The notes below the pieces were generated by a model that did not search any database, was not told where the DNA came from, and saw nothing but the letters and a program-made list of their open reading frames with translations. From an uncultured delta proteobacterium (lineage in GTDB: Bacteria > Desulfobacterota > Binatia > UBA9968): a stretch of 64,000 nt of DNA. Below, piece after piece: positions 50,232-59,280 of this stretch (position 1 is the stretch's first letter; each line of letters opens with the position of its first letter). The translations under genes were made by a program, and so were the position numbers. The DNA is taken from assembly GCA_963728565.1 (NCBI GenBank), contig CAVSLC010000010.1, forward strand, positions 128,001 to 192,000, in the 5' to 3' direction.

Positions 50232-50995
50232 ACCTTTCACCTGCGTATGCATTGGCGGTTTGGTTGCGAAACGCAGCCATGTACCGCCGCACCTGGATGT
50301 GGAATCTGTTGCCCAATTTTTTTGAGCCGGTGTTCTATCTTTTTTCGATTGGCATTGGGGTAGGCGCTTACATCTCACAGATGGAGGGACTTACCTATGT
50401 CGCGTTCATCGCGCCGGGCCTGGTTTGTGTTGCGGCCATGAATGGCGCCAGCTACGAAGTCACTTACAATATTTATGTACGGCTGACATTCGAAAAGGCT
50501 TACGATGCGATGCTGACAACTCCGATAGAACCCGACGACATTCTAGGTGGCGAAGTCTTGTGGGCGATTACCCGCGCAAGTATATACGGCGGCTGCTTTT
50601 TTGTCGTTCTAGCGGTGTTTGGCCTGACGCCGTTCCCGTCTTCTCTTTGGGCGCTATTGGTGATCCCGCTCACCGGGCTGCTCTTTGCCGCAATCGGCAT
50701 AACATTTTCGCTGCGCATTCCCAATATAGATTCATTCAGCTTTTACTTTACTCTATTTTTGACGCCGCTGTTTTTGTTCTCGGACGTATTTTTCCCGTTG
50801 CAAGAGCGACTATCGCCAGGCTGGCTGTGGGTTGCCGAGGCGTTGCCGCTGCTTCACCCTGTGCGTCTTGCGCGTGCCGCCTTCAGCGGAAACTTTAGTG
50901 TGATGGCCCTGTGGGATATTGCCTACTCGCTGGTGGGGTCGTGCTTGCTGCTGATGTGGGCGAGACGCGCCGTGCGTCAACGTCTGACCAACTAG
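50228..50995 (+). CDS. ABC-2 exporter permease (NodJ-like)
   Basis: Motifs EPVFYL, YVAFIAPGL, TPLFLFSDVFFP, LPLLHPV; ATGA overlap. Confidence 0.9.
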   Translation: MNLSPAYALAVWLRNAAMYRRTWMWNLLPNFFEPVFYLFSIGIGVGAYISQMEGLTYVAFIAPGLVCVAAMNGASYEVTYNIYVRLTFEKAYDAMLTTPIEPDDILGGEVLWAITRASIYGGCFFVVLAVFGLTPFPSSLWALLVIPLTGLLFAAIGITFSLRIPNIDSFSFYFTLFLTPLFLFSDVFFPLQERLSPGWLWVAEALPLLHPVRLARAAFSGNFSVMALWDIAYSLVGSCLLLMWARRAVRQRLTN

Positions 50996-51016
50996 CTGCT
51001 TACAGATGGAAGGGTC

Positions 51017-51307
51017 TTAATGGGCGGTGCGGCGAGCACGTTGCAACCGTGCTCCAATCAGGCGAGCCGCTCCTACCACAGTGATGGCGCCAAGAACCGC
51101 GGTTGCATAGGAGCCGAAAGAATTGCTCCCGATGATGACCCAGAAAAACAATGAGTGCCCAAGCAGCGCGCCGATCACACCAAAAATAACATCGCGCAGA
51201 TGGTTGTTGCCTGGGCTGGCGCCTCTGCCGTCCCGTTCTCCGTCAGCGGCTATTCCGGTCAACCAACCGGCAATCGCACCCAACAAGATTCGCGCGAGAA
51301 GATTCAT
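51017..51307 (-). CDS. GlsB/YeaQ/YmgE (transglycosylase-associated) stress membrane protein
   Basis: Motifs ILLGAIAGWL, GVIGALLG, AVLGAI. Confidence 0.8.
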   Translation of the reverse strand: MNLLARILLGAIAGWLTGIAADGERDGRGASPGNNHLRDVIFGVIGALLGHSLFFWVIIGSNSFGSYATAVLGAITVVGAARLIGARLQRARRTAH

Positions 51308-51418
51308 AGGGGCCTTCCTTGCTGATGTGCAGCGAACCGGAATGTTTCGTGTCCGGCAGGCGAGCTCAAGCGAAGCGGAGAAAGCGGGCAAGAAAATGGC
51401 GCTGGTTTGCTCGAGGGC

Positions 51419-51928
51419 TCACGCCGGTCTTCCAGCGCGAAGCGCCTCGCTAACCTGTTCTTCCACCGCGCTTTTGCTCTCGCCAGTCACTTCCGAAATC
51501 TCGCACACCAATAGCTTTCGAGCTCGAGCCAAGATTTCCCGCTCAAAGGGCGATAGCGATTTAGTTCCGGCCAAGCTGGTCAACGATTCGATGATCACCG
51601 CCAGATCGAATGCCGACCCCGAGCTTAAAAGTTTTGTGTTATCCGTATTGCGTTGGCGCCAGTTTTTGGCGACGTCGGCTTCCTTCGTTCCGGATATTTT
51701 CTTGAGGCGGCGCAGCAGTTGGGGGATCTCACACTTATCGAGCAATGCGCGCAGATGCAAATTGGCGAGGTTCTCTACCGGCACGAACAACTCGCCTTTA
51801 CTATCATCCAGTAGTGCCAGAGGATAGAATTTCATGGTTTGCCCGCCGACCACCTTTTTAACGACTTCGCCGATTAGACAGGGGCCGCGGCTCGGGTAAA
51901 CGACTTTAGCTCCAACCGTTAACATCAT
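51419..51928 (-). CDS. CarD/CdnL family transcription factor
   Basis: Motifs VGAKVVYPSRG, FVPVEN...LRALL, NWRQR (Trp retained), ARKLLVCEIS. Confidence 0.85.
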   Translation of the reverse strand: MMLTVGAKVVYPSRGPCLIGEVVKKVVGGQTMKFYPLALLDDSKGELFVPVENLANLHLRALLDKCEIPQLLRRLKKISGTKEADVAKNWRQRNTDNTKLLSSGSAFDLAVIIESLTSLAGTKSLSPFEREILARARKLLVCEISEVTGESKSAVEEQVSEALRAGRPA

Positions 51929-52336
51929 TGAAATCTCCATTCTGCTGGAACTTAACCGAGGCATAATCCAGCGAGACCACAGTTCTCAGGCGAAAATTGC
52001 TAGCTCAACGAGACCGGCGATATTATCAAGGCGTGTCGCTGTTGGCTGCAACGGAAGTCAACACAGAAGTTTTCATCCGGATGGCAGTACCATCTGATCC
52101 TACCACCCCTGGGTCGGATAAGATACAGACTGATTGAACGTCTGGCGGGTAAAGACTACCGATGTAGCCGAAGAGATACCCGAATGGAGATTACGACGAG
52201 TGATGAGGCAGAAAACTCTTCATCTATAAATATCACGGGTGCGAGCGACATGGATACCCGACCGGGCAAAGGCGCTCCCCAAGAGCCGGGTACGGCCCGC
52301 CGGGAGCACCTTAGAACAAACTAAGAATCTGCAGTG

Positions 52337-52564
52337 TTAGTAAATGATCGAGCCCTTCTCAATCTGTTTTTTACGGTCTTCATATTCTTCACGAGATATT
52401 CGCCTATTCCTGTAATCCTCCTCCAACTGCTGCATCTGCCGGTAAGCCTGATACTCGTAACCGCCTCCAGCAGCCCCGGCGCCTACCAATGTTCCCGCGA
52501 GAAACTCGCATCCCGATTGCGTGAGACCTGTTATGAGCAGCCCTACTACAATAAGTTTTTTCAT
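52337..52564 (-). CDS. Small lipoprotein (glycine-zipper-like + SHOCT-like tail)
   Basis: AGGAGG RBS, lipobox QSGC, GAGAAGGG, ISREEYEDRK. Confidence 0.7.
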   Translation of the reverse strand: MKKLIVVGLLITGLTQSGCEFLAGTLVGAGAAGGGYEYQAYRQMQQLEEDYRNRRISREEYEDRKKQIEKGSIIY

Positions 52565-52662
52565 CGGAACCTCCTAGTTTTAAACTTACAATATTGCTCC
52601 AAGCTATCGCGAATTCCTTTAATCCGCCGCAGTAATCTCATGGTAAGCTTATTATCCATGGC

Positions 52663-53232
52663 CTAATTGCTCGCTACCGGAGCGCTTATTTTCTTTTGCT
52701 TCATCGCCTGAACCAATTCCTCGAAAGAGGATTTGGACAGCACTCGATTGAATTGCGAGCGGTAGTTATTAACCAGGCTGATGTTTTCTATGATAACGTC
52801 GGTAACCTTCCACTCGCCGTTCACATCGATAAGCCGGTAATCGAGCGCGAAGTTTTCACCCTTTCTGTTGATTAGCTTTGTGTTGACTTCAGCAAAATCG
52901 TTTTCCTGCCGCTCGTTGACGAACTGAATTTTCTCGCCGCTGTACTCTTCCAGTTTGCTCAAGTAGGTGCCTTCGAGCAGATCCGTGAACAGCCGGACGA
53001 ACTCCTGTTGCTCTGCCGCGCTGCGCTTTTGCCACTGCGCGCCCAATGAGCGCTTCGCCATCTCCTCGAAAGCGAATCTTTCATGGACGGCTTCCTTGAG
53101 CTTCTGCCGCCGGCTCGCACTCTTGGCGTCCCCTTTTAACGATGGGTCAGCCAAAATAGTCTGGATTTTTTCTACCGATTGTTTTAACTGATCGCTTGCC
53201 GCACCGGCCAAAGCTGGGCTGGGGAGCGACAA
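52663..53232 (-). CDS. MlaC/Ttg2D periplasmic phospholipid-binding protein (signal peptide probably frameshifted at about 53233)
   Basis: Motifs F.FEEMAKRSLG..W, FVRLF..LL..TY, LDYRL, WKVTDVIIENISLVNNYRSQF. Confidence 0.88.
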   Translation of the reverse strand: MSLPSPALAGAASDQLKQSVEKIQTILADPSLKGDAKSASRRQKLKEAVHERFAFEEMAKRSLGAQWQKRSAAEQQEFVRLFTDLLEGTYLSKLEEYSGEKIQFVNERQENDFAEVNTKLINRKGENFALDYRLIDVNGEWKVTDVIIENISLVNNYRSQFNRVLSKSSFEELVQAMKQKKISAPVASN

Positions 53233-53273
53233 GTAGAAGTGTACCGAGCGCCACAGCCGGCCATTTCTGACGT

Positions 53274-53456
53274 CTAACGGCCGCGGTCGACAAATCTGTT
53301 TTTCAAGCGAACGCGAGAACTGAGAAACAGATCCTGCAGAATGTATGAGACGAGCAGGTTCACTCGACGCTTGTTGCCGGACAGCGGCTTAACTTCCTCG
53401 GTCACTGCAGCCACGAGATCCCCTAATGTGCTATCTGTATTCGCTTGCCCGCGCAT
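53274..53456 (-). CDS. Small hypothetical protein (60 aa)
   Basis: AAGGAGG RBS; TLGDLVAAVTEEV helix; sits directly behind a sigma54 promoter. Confidence 0.65.
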   Translation of the reverse strand: MRGQANTDSTLGDLVAAVTEEVKPLSGNKRRVNLLVSYILQDLFLSSRVRLKNRFVDRGR

Positions 53457-53533
53457 ATGATGCCTCCTTTTTTCCGCTCACCAGTCTATCAGAGTTCCGG
53501 GATAGGCGGTGAATGAAGCCAGGGTTTCAACGA

Positions 53534-53626
53534 GCAACGCATATGCCATACTGCGGAAGGGCGGCGCTATCTCCTTAGATATACAGGAAGTTTTCCATTT
53601 GAAGGGAGAATCTCAAGAAAACAACA
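53534..53626 (-). promoter_or_regulatory. sigma54 promoter TGGCATATGCGTTGC (53534-53548) with enhancer-like TGTTGTTTTCTTGAGA (53611-53626)
   Basis: Differs by one base from the promoter at 3622; the enhancer resembles the site at 4639. Confidence 0.7.
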
Positions 53627-53852
53627 ATGAAGGTTTTTCCAGTCGTTTTTTTATGATAGAAAACGACGTTGGCTATACTCTCGGTCAACACTCACGATGG
53701 TTAATCGATTGAAGATGGTTCGACGCCATCACTTCAGATCGAGCAAAAGATTAGGCGTTTATGTGCGTGACAAGCGCCGCTGAAGTGATATTGTTCTAGA
53801 GCAAACTGGCCGCAGCTCATTCAGCAATCTCCTGGTAAGGCATGAGTCACTG

Positions 53853-56156
53853 GTGATTCAAAACAAGCCACAAATGAGTTTGATACACTCGGCATTGTCC
53901 GAACGACGACTGGTTATTGTCTCCAACCGCTTGCCCTTCAATGTAAAGGTCGAGAACGGAAAGATGACATTCCATGAAAGCGCCGGTGGCCTGGTCACGG
54001 GATTGGCTTCATTCATGCAATCCCGCAGACGAACGCCGGCTTTGAGTATGGAACATCTTTGGGTCGGCTGGCCGGGAAGCACGGTCGAGGTCTCTCTCCA
54101 GGGGCAGCTGATCCGCGAGGCGCTCAGTTCCTTTCAGTCTTACCCGGTGTTTCTCAGCGAAGAACAGATGGAGAAGTTTTATCTCGGATTTTGCAACTCG
54201 ACCATTTGGCCGCTGTTTCACTACTTTCCTACTTTCACCGAATATCAGTCCAATTACTGGGCGGAGTACAAACAGATCAATCAAATCTTCTGCGATGCGC
54301 TCGTAGAGGTCGTCAGACCCAACGACATCTTGTGGATTCATGATTATCACCTGATGCTGCTGCCGCGGCTGATCAAAGCCCGGCGGCCTCAAGCGTCTGT
54401 AGGCTTTTTTTTGCATATCCCCTTCCCCTCATTCGAGGTGTTTCGTCTTCTCCCGGGAGAATGGCGTCGCGAGATCCTGGAAGGCTTGCTGGGCGCTGAC
54501 TTGATTGGATTCCATACTTATGAGTACACGCACCATTTTCTCCAGTGCGTTCTGCGCATCTTGGGCTACGAGCATCAGATGGCCCAGCTTTTGACACCCG
54601 ATCACCTCGTCAAGATCGACACGTTTCCCATGGGGATCGATTTTGACAAATACTCCAGTGCGCCCGCTGAGCCTGATACGCAGCAGGAAATACAGGCGCT
54701 GCGCAGCACGCTTTCCGAATTCAAGATGGTCTTGTCGGTCGATCGGCTCGATTACTCCAAGGGGATTCTGAACCGACTGGAGGGATATGAGCTTTTCTTG
54801 GAGAGCAATCCCCAGTTTCACGGAAAGGTTGTTCTGCTGATGATTGTCGTGCCGTCGCGCATCGGAGTCGTGCAATACGACCGTATGAAGCGACAAGTTG
54901 AGGAACGGGTCGGCAAAATCAATGGACACTTTGGACGAGTCGGTTGGACACCGGTGGTGTATCAGTACCGCCATGTCCCGTTCTCATCACTGGCGGCGTT
55001 CTACTCGGTTAGCGATGTGTGTCTGGTTACGCCGCTGCGTGACGGAATGAATCTAGTCGCCAAGGAATATGTGGCTACACGGACCGACGGCACCGGGGTT
55101 TTGATCCTGAGCGAGATGGCAGGTTCGGCCAAAGAGTTGCCCGAAGCAATCATCATCAATCCAAATAACCGGTCGGAAATCGCCAGTGCCCTCAAAGAGG
55201 CGCTGGAAACACCGCTGGAGGAGCAAAAACGCCGCAACAAGATAATGCAGCGGCGCTTGCGACGGTACCATGTCACGCGCTGGGCGAATGACTTCCTCAA
55301 CAACCTTGTCGCCTTACGCGAAGTCCAGGATCGGACCGAAGCCAAACTGCTTTCGCCGCAGGCGCGGCGGGCGGTTGTCGAACAGTATAGAAAGAGTTGC
55401 CGGAGAGCGTTGTTTCTCGACTATGACGGTACCTTGACTCCATTGGTAAAATCGCCGGAAATGGCGAAACCGGATGAGAACAGGCTCGCGCTATTACGTT
55501 CTTTAACCGCCGATCCGGCTAATGACGTGATCATCACAAGCGGACGCGATCGCCAGACTCTGCAGCAGTGGTTCGGCGACCTCAGGATCGGCCTGGTTGC
55601 CGAGCATGGCGCATGGTTCAGGAAGGCGGCCGAGACATGGCAGCTTTTCAAACCATTCTCGGTGGCATGGATGCGCCAGCTATTGCCGATACTGGAGATC
55701 TATGCAGACCGATTGCCCGGCGCTTTTGTTGAGGAAAAGGAGAATTCCGTGGCATGGCACTATCGTTCGGCGGATCCTGAGCAGGCCCATTTTCTCGCCG
55801 CCGAGCTGACCGATCATCTGTTGAGCCTGATCTCCAAGACTGATCTTCATGTCCGGCAAGGGAGCAAAGTGGTTGAAATCACTAACGCCGGGGTCGATAA
55901 GGGAACCGCAGCATTAAAATGGATTATCGAAAAAGATTACGACTTCATTATGGCTATCGGCGATGATCTGACCGACGAGGATCTATTCAGGGTTCTACCG
56001 GATTGGGCAGTCTCCATTAGAGTCGGCATCGCCGGGACCCAGGCGCAACACAACTTGCGCAGTGATCCCGAAGTGGCCGAACTGCTGCAATCATTGGTTC
56101 AGACTTCAGGCGTGTCGTTGAAAGCCAGTAAAAGTTCAGGCCGATATCCGAGTTGA
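53853..56156 (+). CDS. otsA: Bifunctional trehalose-6-phosphate synthase/phosphatase (OtsA-OtsB fusion)
   Basis: VSNRLP, SAGGL, WIHDYHL, FLHIPFP, VDRLDYSKG, RDGMNLVAKE; HAD domain FLDYDGTL...GDDLTDED. Confidence 0.93.
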   Translation: MIQNKPQMSLIHSALSERRLVIVSNRLPFNVKVENGKMTFHESAGGLVTGLASFMQSRRRTPALSMEHLWVGWPGSTVEVSLQGQLIREALSSFQSYPVFLSEEQMEKFYLGFCNSTIWPLFHYFPTFTEYQSNYWAEYKQINQIFCDALVEVVRPNDILWIHDYHLMLLPRLIKARRPQASVGFFLHIPFPSFEVFRLLPGEWRREILEGLLGADLIGFHTYEYTHHFLQCVLRILGYEHQMAQLLTPDHLVKIDTFPMGIDFDKYSSAPAEPDTQQEIQALRSTLSEFKMVLSVDRLDYSKGILNRLEGYELFLESNPQFHGKVVLLMIVVPSRIGVVQYDRMKRQVEERVGKINGHFGRVGWTPVVYQYRHVPFSSLAAFYSVSDVCLVTPLRDGMNLVAKEYVATRTDGTGVLILSEMAGSAKELPEAIIINPNNRSEIASALKEALETPLEEQKRRNKIMQRRLRRYHVTRWANDFLNNLVALREVQDRTEAKLLSPQARRAVVEQYRKSCRRALFLDYDGTLTPLVKSPEMAKPDENRLALLRSLTADPANDVIITSGRDRQTLQQWFGDLRIGLVAEHGAWFRKAAETWQLFKPFSVAWMRQLLPILEIYADRLPGAFVEEKENSVAWHYRSADPEQAHFLAAELTDHLLSLISKTDLHVRQGSKVVEITNAGVDKGTAALKWIIEKDYDFIMAIGDDLTDEDLFRVLPDWAVSIRVGIAGTQAQHNLRSDPEVAELLQSLVQTSGVSLKASKSSGRYPS

Positions 56157-56187
56157 GGCGCCGGGTCGGTAGCTCTGCAGGTCATCG

Positions 56188-56589
56188 ATGGAAGAAAGGT
56201 TTGTTCAACATAGGGGAGCTTGCCACTGCGGGCGCGTGCGATTCGAAGTCGACGCAGCGCTCGACATTGATGCATTGGAATGCAACTGTTCGATCTGCAG
56301 CAAAAGCGGTTTTCTCCACCTGATCGTGCCGCGCGCGCGATTCCGGTTGCTCCAGGGATCCGCAGACCTGGCAACGTACACATTCAACACCGGTGTCGCC
56401 AAGCATCTATTCTGTAAGACCTGTGGCATCAAACCTTTTTATGTCCCTCGTTCTAATCCCGACGGCTACAGTGTCAACGTTCGCTGCCTCGACCCGGCGA
56501 CCATTGGGCACGTGAACGTCAGCTCCTTCGACGGCAAAAATTGGGAGGCCCACGGCGCCGATCTCGCCGTTCGATCATTGGAGCGGTGA
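56188..56589 (+). CDS. GFA (CENP-V) family Zn protein
   Basis: Motifs GACHCG, CNCSIC, FCKTCG. Confidence 0.9.
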   Translation: MEERFVQHRGACHCGRVRFEVDAALDIDALECNCSICSKSGFLHLIVPRARFRLLQGSADLATYTFNTGVAKHLFCKTCGIKPFYVPRSNPDGYSVNVRCLDPATIGHVNVSSFDGKNWEAHGADLAVRSLER

Positions 56590-57058
56590 TAGGTTGAAGC
56601 TGCCTCGAACGGTTGAAGGTAAGCGTTACCCTAATCCGAAATTATTCGGATCCCGCGAGGCGAGCGAGCCCGACAGCGTGGGCAATGGGACAGTGCCTTA
56701 AGGCCAGCGCGCGTTCCCCTGATGATATTTGGTAGCGGGTCTCAGGAGCTAACTGCGTGTTGACTGCCCACGGCTTCCGCTCTCGCCACCTGGCTCACAG
56801 CTGACAACGCTCAACTATGGTCGGATTAGTGTTACTTGATGGACAAAGTCCGGCGCAATTGATAAGGCATAAAGATGGTGTGCTTTATTAACCCGAATTC
56901 CCTAGTTGCATTGGCTCTGGAGGGCTGGCCGCTTGATCGCTGGGCCACTTTGAACTACGGAATCCGGGATTAGTGGAGAACTCGTTGCCGATTATATCGC
57001 GATACCATGCAATCGCTTCATTTATTGACGTTTTCCTCGTTCAACTCAGGAGGTGCAA

Positions 57059-58756
57059 ATGGCTTATGATCTGTTAATTCGCGGTGGGCGCGTCGTCGAT
57101 GGCTCGGGCTTGCCCTCTTACGTCGCCGATGTCGGAGTAAAAGGCGGCAAGATCGTGGAAGTTGGACGGTTAACCGGCACAGCGGCGCGGACGATCGATG
57201 CCGCCGGGTTGGCTGTGTCGCCCGGCTTTATTGATCATCATACGCACTTGGACGCGCAGATGTTGTGGGATCCCTACGGAACTTGTGAACCGCAGCATGG
57301 TGTTACCAGCGTGGTCATGGGTAACTGCGGCTTATCGCTTGCCCCAGTCAAGAAGGGCGATGAGGACGCCATTGTCAAAAGTTTCGTTCGAGTCGAGGCA
57401 ATTCCGCGGTTCGCTCTGGAGCAAGGGGTGAAATGGGGATGGAACACCTACGGCGAATACCTCGACGCGCTGGAGGGGAAACTCGGTATCAATGTCGGCG
57501 GGCTGGTCGGCCATATCGCCATGCGCCACAACGTCATGGGTGAGGAGGCCGTGGAGCGCACGGCTAGCGCCAAAGAAGTCCAGCAGATGCGCGGCTTGGT
57601 CTTGGAAGCGATGGAAGGCGGCGCCTTGGGATTATCGACCAACCGCAACGAGCGTCATATGCGCGAGGACGGCAAGCCGGTGGCGAGTCGTTTGGCCGAT
57701 GATGATGAGCTGTTCGCGCTGTGCGATGTTTTGGCGGAGCGCAACGGCGGCGTTATTGAAACCATTTTGGGCCGCAACAAGATCGAACATTTCAAATTTT
57801 ACCATGAGCTGGCAAAACGGACGCAGCGACCGGTCCTCTGGCAGAGCCTGCAACATCGATGGGCAGAGCCCACTCTGTGGCGTGAACAGCTCGACGCCGT
57901 AGAACCGATTTTCCGCGAAGGTTATCAAGCGTATGGCTTGTCCCATACCGTGCCGCTCGTGCGCCACTTCGAGCTTAGGAACTGCCAGGTTTTCGATGAA
58001 TTTCCGACCTGGAAAAATCTCATGTTCCTTCCCGTGGAGGTGCGTAAGCAGGCTTTTGCCGACGGCGAAACCAGACAAAAGTTGCGAGCCGATCTCGCCA
58101 ATCCGGCGCCCACCAACTTTCACCGAAACTGGAACATCGTCCGCGTCGAGAAAGTGATGAAACCCGAGAACGAGAAATACAACGGCAAGACAATCGCTGA
58201 GCTGGGGGCGATGCGCAATCAAGATCCGCTCGACGCCTTCCTGGATCTCGCGCTCGAGGAAGATCTCGGCACCGTTTTCTGGAATGCTAATAACGGCGGC
58301 GACATCGATGCAATGGGCGAGATCCTGCGCAGCCCGTATGTGTTGATCGGAACTTCCGATGCAGGGGCCCATGTGCAGTTTGGCGCCGATTTTGGTTATT
58401 GCACCATCCTGCTGGGTATGTGGGTGCGCGAGCGTCAGGTAATGAGTCTCGAACAGGCCGTCCATAAACTGACATTCCATGTGGCATCGATCTTCGGCTT
58501 GGAGGATCGCGGTTTGTTACGGCCGGGCTATGCCGCCGACCTGGCGATCTTCGATCCCAAAACCGTCAATTCTCATGAACCGGAATGGGCTCATGACTAT
58601 CCGGCGGGAAGCAAGCGGTTGATCCAGCGTTCGGTGGGGATGCACTATACCATCGTCAATGGCACGGTGATCCATGAAGACAGCCGCATGAGCGGGGACT
58701 TGCCAGGCCAGGTCCTGCGCGGGCCGCTCTACAGAGAGCAAAAGGTCGCGGCTTAA
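57059..58756 (+). CDS. Amidohydrolase (N-acyl-D-amino-acid deacylase-like)
   Basis: Motifs PGFIDHHTHLD, HGVTSVVMGNCG, SDAGAH, RGLLRPGYAADL. Confidence 0.9.
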   Translation: MAYDLLIRGGRVVDGSGLPSYVADVGVKGGKIVEVGRLTGTAARTIDAAGLAVSPGFIDHHTHLDAQMLWDPYGTCEPQHGVTSVVMGNCGLSLAPVKKGDEDAIVKSFVRVEAIPRFALEQGVKWGWNTYGEYLDALEGKLGINVGGLVGHIAMRHNVMGEEAVERTASAKEVQQMRGLVLEAMEGGALGLSTNRNERHMREDGKPVASRLADDDELFALCDVLAERNGGVIETILGRNKIEHFKFYHELAKRTQRPVLWQSLQHRWAEPTLWREQLDAVEPIFREGYQAYGLSHTVPLVRHFELRNCQVFDEFPTWKNLMFLPVEVRKQAFADGETRQKLRADLANPAPTNFHRNWNIVRVEKVMKPENEKYNGKTIAELGAMRNQDPLDAFLDLALEEDLGTVFWNANNGGDIDAMGEILRSPYVLIGTSDAGAHVQFGADFGYCTILLGMWVRERQVMSLEQAVHKLTFHVASIFGLEDRGLLRPGYAADLAIFDPKTVNSHEPEWAHDYPAGSKRLIQRSVGMHYTIVNGTVIHEDSRMSGDLPGQVLRGPLYREQKVAA

Positions 58757-58760
58757 TCGG

Positions 58761-59084
58761 ATGGGAGTGAGCTATATACCGGTTGCCCGGATTGGCGAGT
58801 TGGCGCCGGGTGTCATGAAAGAAGTCGACCTCGGCGGACGTCAGGTGCTGTTGACGTTCGCCGGGGGAAAATACTTTGCGTTCTCGAGGCAGTGTCCTCA
58901 TGAAGACGCCGACCTGCAATCCGCCGGACAACTGCTGGACGGAACCAAGTTGCGTTGCAACAACCATGGCTATTGTTTTGACCTCAAAACCGGCGAGTGC
59001 ATGCTGCCTCAAGGAGGACCGCCGCTGACGGTGCTTCCGGCCGAGGAAAAAGGCGAAGATGTGTGCATTCGCCTCGAATGGTAA
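58761..59084 (+). CDS. Rieske [2Fe-2S] ferredoxin
   Basis: CPH...CNNHG.CFDL.TG motif. Confidence 0.88.
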   Translation: MGVSYIPVARIGELAPGVMKEVDLGGRQVLLTFAGGKYFAFSRQCPHEDADLQSAGQLLDGTKLRCNNHGYCFDLKTGECMLPQGGPPLTVLPAEEKGEDVCIRLEW

Positions 59085-59280
59085 GTAAGCCCATCTTTTT
59101 GCCGCGGGATTGCTTCTGAGGCCCCTCCGCGGTTCCGTTTCACGCTACCAAGACTGCCGGTAGGCGATTTACAACCGTCTAACCGCAGCTCTGGTCAACT
59201 TTCGTGAGAAAAGGTAAATTTCTACATGGCTGGCTTGCATAGCCTGCTCGTTCGATCGGGCTGTTGAAGCGCAGAACGTC

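Noticed and set aside
49293-50995. nodI/nodJ as evidence of Nod-factor export
   Set aside because: No nodABC is present, and this ABC-2 subfamily is widespread in non-rhizobia.
51123-51827. 234-aa plus-strand ORF and similar long antisense ORFs (e.g. 8724-9506, 57632-58480)
   Set aside because: Antisense shadows of well-supported genes in GC-rich DNA.
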